Positions 1 through 10,700 of a stretch of DNA of 64,000 nucleotides are shown here, piece by piece. How positions within the stretch are numbered: the stretch's first letter is position 1; each line of letters begins with the position of its first letter. The notes under the pieces were generated by a model. The model was not told the origin of the DNA. It was given only the letters and a program-made list of their open reading frames with translations, and did no database searches. Origin of the DNA: Raillietiella orientalis. Its lineage: Eukaryota. The translations under genes and the position numbers were made by a program. The stretch covers positions 4,030,001 to 4,094,000 of the forward strand of contig JAYWIR010000005.1 of NCBI GenBank assembly GCA_036172245.1, given 5' to 3'.

Positions 1-32
1 ATAATATAATTATCTATGTAAACTTTCATCAC

Positions 33-1067
33 TTAATAAAGCTTGTTTTTTTTATGTGTGGGAGAGTCCATTATCACATCATGAGAAGGAGAATTGGAAC
101 CTGTCCTTTTGATTCCATGTCGTACAAATTCATCACAAATAAATGTATTTAGCTCTGTTCTCCATTTAGCAGAATTCATCACAGGTGATGAAGGATTACT
201 CAAGATACCAACTGCTGACATACCACTGGTTCGACCTTGGATGGGAACATTGTCATAAAACAAGAAACATGTTGTAACTTTTACCTGAAACACCCAAAGC
301 TTCCTTGAATGTATGTAAATGTTCCTCAGAGAATGGATTTGCATGAGAATGTTTTCTTTCATGTTGTGAACAATGTTTCTCTCCTGGTAATCTTTGGCGG
401 GATGATGCCCTAAAGATGAGACTTATTAAGCATCAGAATGCATTATAATGGAAGAAAAAGTTACTGATTTAATGACAACATACCTGTGACGAGAAGTGAT
501 TGATTTTCCAGAAAGGAAAGAAATAAGGTCTTCCCTTAAAATGTTCCGCCTGCGCTTTTTTGCCCAAGCAACAATATCCCGATTTCGGCGTTGATATCCT
601 GCTTGCATGCTTATATCATGTGCCTTATGCAAGTTTTCCACTGATTCTAATATATTTCTTAGTTTTTTGTCTACTGACATTGCTGTGAATTACCTTTGTA
701 TAGAGCAGTAACATTGCCAGCAGCTGCTTGAAATGGAATCCATAATGAAATTTCCTGCCAACCAGCAGCTAAAAAATTTACTTTTCTTTACCAATTCACA
801 ATATAACAAACCCTACTATACAAAACTTGCAAAATGATGTTTTTCCAGTAGGTTTAAAGCATATGCAAACTAATTACCTTTGTAAAGCTGTGCCACAGAT
901 GCTGCTGAACTTTGAAACAGATTCCATAATTTTTGTTCCATTAAATCTCTTTCTGATTGTATTTGTGTCTCAAAGTGAGATGACGATTCTATTTCGTTGA
1001 TGCATTCTCGTTCCCAGCTGCTCATCCAAATATCAAGACAGTCATCATCATTCTGTTCATCAGTCAT
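33..1067 (-). CDS. HAPSTR1: HUWE1-associated protein modifying stress responses (C16orf72/TAPR1 family); coding exons 1067-878, 768-694, 646-484, 409-285, 235-33
   Basis: The spliced translation carries the family motifs WERECI, QKLWNLFQSSAASVAQLYK, SLWIPFQAAAGNVTALYKES, GYQRRNRDIVAWAKKRRRNILREDLISFLSGK, LHTFKEAL, ELNTFI and C-terminal DVIMDSPTHKKNKL. All four introns are GT-AG and phase-compatible (109, 47, 74 and 49 nt). Confidence 0.93.
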
Positions 1068-1966
1068 TTTTAAAAACTATGTTAAAGCTAACTATTTCGG
1101 ATGTGCAACGATACATCCATATCTTAAGAGGACGAAACTACGGTTCTAAAATATGCTATTAACTGTACCAAACACCTCACAATAGAATATAAAGTTTTTT
1201 TTTTTTCACAATCATCTAAAACAATTTCCACAAAATTTGAAGCATGCAGATACAATTATTTGTCACTAACTTATCTGTCATACTTTCATTTTATTTCATC
1301 TCTACATTAATGACGCCATCAAGAATGAGACTGAGAATTTATGCAGCCAATGCAAATTTCCGATTTACGTTTTAATGAAGTTTCCATTAAGAAAAAATCC
1401 GATCAACAAAAATAATAAAACTACTTTTATTAAGTAAATACCATTCTTAAAGGGATATTCAGTACACTACCATTACAAAAGTAAAAAATGCTTTAACCTT
1501 ATATCAGAATATATACTGCAAAGTGGTAGCAATTTACCATTAACAATGAAGCAAATATTCAATGAAACATACAAAATGCTGTGAAAAACATAGTAAGTGA
1601 TGAGAAACGGCTGGTTTTCAATGTTAATTTACGAAAACGTAATGTAATTCAAAAGAGATCATCATTCAGTATATGAACTCAAATCGATGTGAACTATTGG
1701 GGCATCCACTTGAATGCCACACTAATGGAGTCCAATGCTAACTTTCCACTCGTCAACATGATAGAATAAACTGAATCCAGAAACAATTTCAAAAACGCAT
1801 AATTATTGAGGCACAGTTAAAATACATGTACAAAACATGACCATCAAACATGCATAACGTAACTTACATCTAAGGTAAAAAAATTATGAGCTTCGCTTTT
1901 ACAAACCTATAAAAGTTACAATCTACTGAAACAACATTCATTTATTTTACTTTTTATGCATATATG

Positions 1967-1994
1967 ATCGATAACTTCATCTTTATCATCGATA
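1967..1994. promoter_or_regulatory. Two DRE-like elements; probable HAPSTR1 (possibly bidirectional) promoter
   Basis: ATCGATA occurs at 1967-1973 and 1988-1994, about 100 bp upstream of a minus-strand donor (AT|GTAAGT, intron starting at 1867). That donor could splice to the acceptor at 1079-1078, just before the HAPSTR1 ATG. Confidence 0.4.
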
Positions 1995-4482
1995 CTTTAA
2001 TTGCAATATCAATGTTCCCTGTTTATAACTTTTTGAGAACAGAAATTGAACGATTGCAGCTGATTACACAACACATGACTTTGAAATATTAAAACATAGT
2101 TATATGTTAACCACGATCTATCTTTCCAGACAACATCTTAAATAGCATTCTTTATAACCAAAGCGATATATATATTACATAATTACGTTATTCAACAAGG
2201 ACTGAATCACAACATAAGCTCGAAATCCATTTAAGAATTGTAATACATATCTTGATCTTCATTCAGAAGTACCAAAGAGTAAAAACATAAGCCATTTCTC
2301 CTGTCATCTAATCGTTTTCCTTTGAAATGAAAAACTTGAACGAAATATCCATTATTCTTATTGCAGATTATACGAACAAATTAATCCAAGATATATGAAT
2401 ATGAATTAGGTATATGAATCTAGCAAATGGAAAATTATAATAATCAGATAATTTTCAAGTGAGATATTACTTCTAATTGGCATTAAGGTTCGTCTTGCAA
2501 ATAGAGATCTCACTGCAAAATGAAGACTGTTAAGTATTAGGTGAGAAGAGCAAAGCCAGTATAAAATTGTCATTCTGCATTATGATTAATGTGTTGTCAT
2601 CGACCCTAAGAACACATCCTGTAGCAAACAAGTTGTCATGACATTCCCTATAGCACGAAATAGAAAAGGAAAAATTATTTCTAATCACAAGGATTTACTA
2701 ACATTGTTTTGTGTTGTAATTCTCACCTTATTGGCTGCATACTCATCTTTCGATTATGGGATTCATTTGCTAGAGAAATAAATTTGCTAGAATAGTTTCC
2801 GTGGATACTTATCATCCATTAGATGTCCTTATTAATGATCGCATAATATGCTAATAAAAGCAAGCAATCTTGAGATCCGAGCAAGTATTTTACCATTTCT
2901 GTGGTAGATGAGTTGAATTTATTACAATATACGATTTTGTTTATTGTCAACATCATTCCTATTTAAAACTGAAAAAATACTGGAAATTAGTGCATTTCAA
3001 TCTCAAAACATCATTATTTACTATGTAGAAGCATTTCAAAAAGCCTTTGGTTTTAAAGGTGATTTCTTTTATCATACTCAGGAAAACCATTGCATTTTTT
3101 GTTTAAATTTAAAAGACTGGAAAGTGCAGAGCAGAATGCAAGGAGAATCTGCGCTGTTATAGAATCAGTATTTGAAAGGTAAGAATTCAAACTGTCTTTA
3201 GTATTGCCGGCACGAATGAGAATGAAGTCATTTATCAATGAAAGTGTAATTTATTATACATAATTTCTAATTTATGTAAAAATATAATTTTTATATGCAT
3301 GTTTTGAAGTAGAAAGCAAAAGATTCCAACATTTTGAGGGGAAAAAAAATGTAATTTTTCCATAGTAAGAAGACCCATTGGATTTTTGGAAAATATCATT
3401 CACCAAAGGGAGTTGAAAGAGTTCATAAAGCCTTCTCCATAGGAAAAAGGAAACAGTGTCAAGAAAGAACAAAACGAAGAAATCAACGGGCGGCTCATCT
3501 TTCTGAAAAATTTCCCATAGTCCTGGAAACGAGAATTTGGATACCTTCACTTCGAACAAATTTGGCTGAAATTTGACTAAGATTAGGAAATTAGCTCTTA
3601 GGAAATTAGATTCAAGGAGTCAGCAATTCCTGCATTTGCATTCTGTTTCAGTTCATGTCTTTTTAAAAGAGAAATCAGAATCTTCTCTAATCAATACAAT
3701 GGAAAACAGCGAAACAGCCGTGTCAAAATTTTTTGTTTTCCTGGACAAAGCTACTTTTTTGTTCGTCTATTCAAAACTTGCAATCCGAGGTTAAACTTAG
3801 GTTGACGAACACTAACAAATGTTCTCCTTGCATGCTTTAGCACAAAAGTTCTTCACAAACTTCACCGAGTTTCAGAAACTTTGGATTTCTAATTCTAGGC
3901 AAGGCGATCACGAATGATTTGTTTCCTTGGGTCCTGTCATCGTAAACTCCACAGAACAAATTTTAATCGTCATCAAGGTTGAATTGACAGTCATTTTCGT
4001 GAACTGTTATATGTTTAGGAAAGACATGAGGATAATTCAAATAAAAGGAAATCAGGAGTATGTTTTTTAAAGCTGGTGGAATGGCACAAACTGATTTTTA
4101 GACCATTGACGACCAAGTTTGTGTTCGCTTGACGGACTGCAAAAATCGAAAGATGCATATAGGAGTAAAAAATTGACATTCAGAATTTTTAAGCTCTTCG
4201 CAGCCGACTCCTCTTCGTGTTATCGTTTATTTCCCCACTTATTGCATCCTCTTCTTATCTGGTCAAGTCTGAAAAAATGCATCTTTTTTGCATTTTTATG
4301 TAGACTTCTAAGTCTCTCTAAAACGGGAACTGCATAATGTCCGCTCTGGATAGCAGTTCGCTATCGAGCACGGGCATACAGATTGAGCTATAACACTCCT
4401 CATTCAATTGAAATCAAATCCTTCAAGCTGGAATTGAATCCAATTCCAATTGACAGTTTGGATTCCTCAATTAGTTCAGTCT

Positions 4483-4541
4483 GTCGACTTCAGTTAACAG
4501 CTATTTCAGCCATGCTGAAATAGGTGTTAACTGAAGTCGAC
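4483..4541. repeat. Near-perfect 28-bp inverted repeat (hairpin) with 3-nt loop
   Basis: GTCGACTTCAGTTAACAGCTATTTCAGC-CAT-GCTGAAATAGGTGTTAACTGAAGTCGAC; 27 of 28 bp pair. Confidence 0.9.
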
Positions 4542-4799
4542 TGATTCTCTCTCCGTAAAACCATGAGGCTAAACTCTAGTCCTAGTCACGATTTCAGGAT
4601 GTAATGTGTCAATGTATTGTTCCTTCGCTAACTCTCACGTCAATGCATTCATAGATTACTTCCTCTTGGATGGGATTCGTGCATTCATGTGTACTGCAAA
4701 TCTATCCTAATCGATAACTTTAAGAAGAGAGTTCTATTTTATTTTTGTTCCGTTTGACCTGATGTTGGAGGTCCCGTGAAACGTTCGGAGGAGCTAGAT

Positions 4800-6600
4800 C
4801 CGATCTTTAGATCCTTCGAACTTTGAGGAAAACGACCTGCAATGATGATGCGGAAGATCTGGAAAGCTGTTATAAATAAATACATGGATAAATACGTTCT
4901 TTTCTGATTTCATCGTGGATCGCACCGTGAAATAAATCAAGGATTTGTCGCCCAACAAATTTGCTGGGCGACAAATCCTGTCTAAACGGGATGGAACGTT
5001 CGAGACATTGCTCCACGCGATCCACTGGCTTATGATCGCGTCATCGAATCCAGTTACCTCTCGGCTCTCGGCACTGAAGATTCTTTCTCTTGAAAAAGCA
5101 AACACTGCCTCCATTTCCTTCCTCTGTTGATTCATTGCATCCTTCAGGTGGAGTTCAAGCGCCTTTCCGGGAATCTCTCTTGTTCCTGTAGGGTCGAAGT
5201 AGTCTTTAATGAATTTGTGGGAATCTCCGGGCGTGTGCCAGGCCTGCCTGTCCGGGCGGTGTGTGAGCCGTCCACAGGCCATGAGAACGGACGTCTCGCA
5301 CTCCTTCCCACCTGCCTTCTGCGACGTACGGTCCTCTGTTGGAAAGAAAGTCCACGACTTCCCTGATCTGGTTCGTCCCTGCTGGCGAATGTTATCCTCT
5401 TTTCGAAAATCCAACCACTCAGCGAGTATCGGTGGCTCTCCAGGCAACCCTGCAGCTTTCATCCGGGTAGTTCAAAATCAGCATCCTTCCCTGCTGCTGC
5501 ATCATTGCTGAAGAGAAAGGGCCGGCCTCATTCCAATCTCTCTGCAACCCCGGGACTGCTTTCTCTCTCGAGAGCGAGGATCCAGTCCTCAGTTGCTTCC
5601 AGTTTTTCATTCCACGACGTTTCTTTTGGACCCCGGCGCATCTCCGGAGCTCCTACTCCGGACCACTCCCAGGTCGACACTGGAGCCGGCGTCTCTCGTG
5701 TCAGCAGCTTCCCGAACTCTCATCAGTCGCACCACCCGCCAGGAGCGCTGGAGTAGCGGCAGGCTGGACTCGAAGGCGGTCTGTCCGGAAACCAAGGAGA
5801 GCGCACGGGAAGTGTTTCGAAATCGTCTCTTCAGGGTCATGCAAAGATCGTTTCCTAGCGAGCTGGGTGCCAGGAGTGCAGGGAAGCTCGAAATGGAGCG
5901 AGGCAGAAGAAGGCAGGAGGCTCCCGTTCCGCGAACGGGCAAGTCTTCAGGAGTCCTCCGACACTCCACGCGTCCTTTTGGATGAGAGGACCGAAGATTT
6001 CCGATATCACCTCCAGCGGGCGATCGACATGCAGCCGAAGACCGGTTTTCCCGGCTGCCTCCGGAAGCACTTGACCTCCAGTCCCCGAAGGATCTGGCAG
6101 GGATTCTCTCGATCTCTCATGAGACTCCTGAAGCATGAGCGGTACTGGAGGAGTTGGTTGCCTCGAGGTGCGCTGCTGTCGCGGTCAGAGGATCTCCCGA
6201 GGGGTGACCCTCTGGTCGCGTGGCGTAGTGGCAAGAGGAAGACGTGCGGCTGCTTCCTACGCCTTCTCCGCTTCGAAAGGTGAGGCAACCTGGGGAAGGA
6301 GCTGCCCTCACTCTCCCTTCCCGTCACCATCCCAATCTGGGGAGGCGCTCTGCGTTGGAGACGGCAGCAGCACGTCGGAAGAAGAGGGGTCGGGCGAGGC
6401 GGTTCCATCTCGGAGAAGACGCGCACTTCCGGTCAGCACGGGCTCCCTGCTCCTGCTCCTTGGCTCTCTCTGCGTGGCAGCGTAGAGAAGCGGCAGAGGT
6501 CGAACGGGTGATGCAGCTGCCCGTTCCAGGAGGGAGAAAGTGCGTCCACGTAAAGGTGTGTCCTCGGATCCACGTCGCCGCACTGGGATTCTGAGGCTCC
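4800..6600 (-). mobile_element. Decayed RLE-clade (NeSL/Utopia-like) non-LTR retrotransposon, 3' half
   Basis: Frameshifted minus-strand remnants occur in the expected order: PCQILRGLEVK (thumb), EPDQG (the PDQG motif preceding the CCHC knuckle), and AIISQWIAWS resembling the RLE C-terminus (compare RMVATWIRLS near 33820). Boundaries are approximate. Confidence 0.45.
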
Positions 6601-7785
6601 ACGAGAGCTCGCTGAGTCTGGAATTCCGCCCGAGACCGCGTGACCAGCAGCAGCGCAGGGTCATCCTTAAATTAACACTGAGCCCATCGCGGACGTGCCG
6701 TCCCCTTCCTTGTTCACGAGAGGGGACCGCTGAGTCGAGTAGACACTTTCCGCAGCACTCCTCTCCCCTCAGGGACTATCACGAGGTCACGGAACTGCTC
6801 CTCTAGAGGTTCGGTACTTCCTTTGAAGAGCCTTTTATTGGGACCCGGGGAAGCCACAAAACTTCATCCCTCCCCAACGAAATTTTTCTCACGACCAGGC
6901 TATGGACCTCGTTTGATGCTGGGATTTCTGAAGTTCTTCATATGTTTTGGCGTCCATTCTTCTGTGCCCTTGAAAGCAGGACCTGAACCAGAGTTAGCAG
7001 AAGAAGGCAGAGATGAGAGTTTGCGAGAATGGGACAGGGGAACGAAAGAGGGGGAGGAAGGGAGGAGGAGGAAAAGGAGGAAGGGAGGAGGAGGAAAAGG
7101 AGGAAGGGAGGAGAAATTATTCGGATTCCGGATGATTCCTCTTTGTTCCAACTGCATGGATGAATTGCATCATCTTCAGGATCTTCTCCAGGTAGAGAGG
7201 GCGGAGTTCACTTGGAGCTTCCTGTCAGGAATCCGAAAGGGAGAAGGGAGCTTCCCGAGTGGGTTTTGCTCGCTAGCCCAGATGGGGATTTCCGGCCTTT
7301 TCGCCCTCCCTGTCCTATCCTGCTCCCGCCCCCTCGGATCCCCTCGTCCCTCGTGCGCTCTCGCCCTCGCCCTTCCCTCTTCTCGCCGGTCGCCGTGGTC
7401 TGCCCGCCTCCGTGGGGCGGCGCGGCAGCTGCTGCCGCACCGCGCGCCCGCCCGCTTCAGGTTCAGGGAGTCGCCGCCGCCGGCGCCTCCGAGCGGGCAC
7501 TTCCGACGGCTTCCCTTTGTTGCAGCATCCGCTCAGCACGGGGACGCACGCTGCGCGCGCGGCGGCGCGTAGCCGGGGAAACGCGCCAGGCCCCGTAACG
7601 CCGGTTACGCTCGGCTGACTGCGACTTCCTTCCGCTATTAACGCGCATCGGGAGATTCTCCCCCCCCCTTCCCCCTCCCCCTCCTTTGCTGGGCCCGCTC
7701 GCTCCTCCAGTCTGCAGCAGTCCAAGTGCCCGTGCGGTCGTCGCCGTCGGCGTGTGCTTGCGCTGGCGAGGCCGGGCCAGTTGTC

Positions 7786-10700
7786 ATGGGGACAGCGCGC
7801 CGCTTCCACAGGTAAGTGGGTGGGAGGGGAAGAGAGAGAGCTACGTCGAGGGGAGGGGGGAGTTGGGGGAGGGGCGGACTCGTAGATGCGAAAGGGGAGA
7901 CAGCGGTGGCGGCATCCTGTGATCCTGGAACGGGCGCTCCCCCCCCCCGTTCTCTCCTTCCTTTCCCTCACGCGCTGCCGCGAGCGCGCGCCGCCTCTGC
8001 CGGGCTGCGACCGAGACGAAGCGAAGAGGGGAGGCAAGGGGGGGGGGAGGGGACAGCAGAGGGGGAGCATGCGGCTCCTGCTGCTCCTCCTCGCAAGGGA
8101 ACGGGAGGAAGAGCGAGGGGGAGGGGCATTCCCGCCCGTCCCGTCCCGTCTCGCGTGCACTCCACGAGTGCGTGCTCGGGCGTTTTCCGCAGCCGCGTCA
8201 GGGACGCTCCGCGTGGCTATTAATAGGCCCGGGAACAGCGGGAGCGAACATTTCCCTCCCTCGGGAGACGGTTTCTTGCTCCCCCTCCCCCTCCCGCCCA
8301 CCTTGCGTCCGGGCGCGACGGGGGGAAGCCGCCGCTCCCTCTCTCCTCGGAGGAAGATGTGGGCGAGGCCCCCTCGCGCTTCTGCTTCGCTCCCCCGGTC
8401 GCTTTGCCACAGGAGACGAGGAAGGGACGGAGGGTCTGACCCATCTGACGAGAGTTGTTTCCCAAGGGCAGCCAAGGACGGGAACCTGGATGCCCTGAAG
8501 CCGGCGACCCAGCGGGACTTCAACGCCGTCGACGAGGATGGGTTCACGCCCACGCTGTGGGCCGCCTACGAAGGCCACCTGGACGCCCTACGACTGATCG
8601 TGAGCAGAGGGTCAGCTCGCGTGCGGTTCGGACAAGGGGGAGGCAGAAAAAGGGATCTCGCAAGGGACACAAGGAGATCTCGAGGGGGACAAGAAGGGGA
8701 ATCGTAGGACCCTCCCTTCCTGCTTCGCGGTGACGCCGCGCGCCCAGGAACCCGCTGCTGGGACGCGCCCGAAGATCGTTCCACTGCCTCCAGCGACGAG
8801 CGAGGCCCCAGCGCGCTGGGGGTCACCTGTGGGCGGAGTGGGCTGCCGTTGATTCCTCCCAGGGGACGGGATCTGAGCTCGGAGGCTGCTCGGTGATGGC
8901 ACCGGTCATCCACGGCCTGAGATCGATCGACTGGTGGCCACTGGAGCCGCTGACCGCATGTCCCTTCTGTCCCGAGCGACGGCGAGGGCGGCGGAACATC
9001 GTGCTTCCGCCGGCCCCTCTCCCGGCCCATCCCTCTCAGCTGCACGGAGTGAACGGAAGTTCCGACATCTTGCAGCCCCTTTCCGGCGCGCGACCAGTGG
9101 CACCAGCAGATGGTGACTGCTCTGGCTGGCCGCCTCGCTCACGCCCCTCGGGCAGGAAGGTCAGCCCGCTCTACCTCGGCTACGGGTTTTGAAAGGCGAA
9201 GCTGAAGGGCTCGGCGGGGGATTCCTGGATCTTGGGCTGACTCGGTGGGGGCGGGGTAAGTGGGCGGGGAGGGAAATACCCCGGATCCCCCGCACAGCTG
9301 CCCTGCGCCCGCTCTCCTTTCCCTCGCGCGGTCCGCTGGCGCCCACGCTCTTGCAGAGCGCCGCGCTCTCTTTCACCCTCACGACCCGCCTCGTGCGGCC
9401 CGTGGGAGCGTGTGGGCGGGGTGCATCTCTCGCCCGCCCTTCTTCTGCCCTCTTCGGTGCGCCGCCGCCGCCCGAGGCACTTCGCATGCGCGGCGGGTCC
9501 GCCTCTCTCGCCTCGCAACGGCTTCGTTTCTCCGAGGTCGCTGAGCCCCGGGGGCTCTTCGCAGTCCTCTTGGCGGAGGGTCCTCCTCGTCCTCGCGTCT
9601 CGAACCGCAGGAGGGGGTCAGACGGCTACTGAAATGGGGGGGAGGGGTAGGATGGGGATCTGACCCACGCAGCGGTTTCGCTCTCCTCCCACGCGCCTGC
9701 TGCGCCGCCGCGGGAGATCGGCTTGCCCTTCCGGCCGCGACTCCTCCTCCTCCTCCTCACCCCCTTCCTCCTCCGCCCTGTCGGATCTTCCCTGTTCCGC
9801 GCGGCCGGATCGAATTCCCCTCTTCCGCTCGTTCTCTCCCCCTCTGCCCCCAAAACGCCGTCCCCGCCTCTTCCTCGGTAGGGCGTCTCGGAGGCGCGGC
9901 GACTTCCGGCGCGTTCCAAGGAGGATGCGTGCTCGAGACGGGAGAGCAGCAGCAGCAGGGAACATGCGCAAGGACCGCGGCCCTATGACCCCGCGGCTGC
10001 GGTCCAACGAGGCCCACGTCTTCCAGCCAGCATTGCCGCCCTTTCCCTGCTCCTCCTTCCCCCCTCCTTTCCGTCGTTCCCGGGCTGCGTGAGGCTTTCG
10101 TTCCCTCTGCTCTGAACGGGGAAGGAGTGGTAGGCCCAGTTTGCTAGCAGGTCCAAACAGGACGCTCTCTGTTCGTGGTTTCCGTAAGGTATCAAGGGCC
10201 GCTTCTTCGATGACGCTATGAAAACGGCTTCTTAGACGGCGGGGGAGGGCTCCTGGATGGGGAGGGGCGATTGAGGGGTGGTCAAGGGGGTCGGCAAAGG
10301 GAAATTTTTTTTTTCTTCTGCCAAATGACGCGAGATATCAGCTAGGTCACGTCGCTGGGTTGCACATGACCCGAACGGGACGCACGCGGCCGGAGGAGGT
10401 CCCCGTGGGAGGGGACCCGTCGCTGCCGCGGCTAAGGGCCACCTACGGATCCGCTAAGAAGTCAGCGGCAGTGGAGTGGAGCTGCTGCCACAGCTCCCGT
10501 CGGTCGCCTCGGCGACGCCCCGCGCCTGCTCGCCCCGCTGCCACCCTTCGCCCTTTCCTCGGCCCTCCCGCGGCTTCGGCGGCGGCAGAGCCGCGCTCCC
10601 AGGAGTGGGGAGGAGGTGGGCACGAGGGAGAACCCGCGGGGAGCGGCGTTGCGCGAGCTGGGCGTCAGCCCTTCAAATCCTGAATTCCCGGAGCAAGAAC

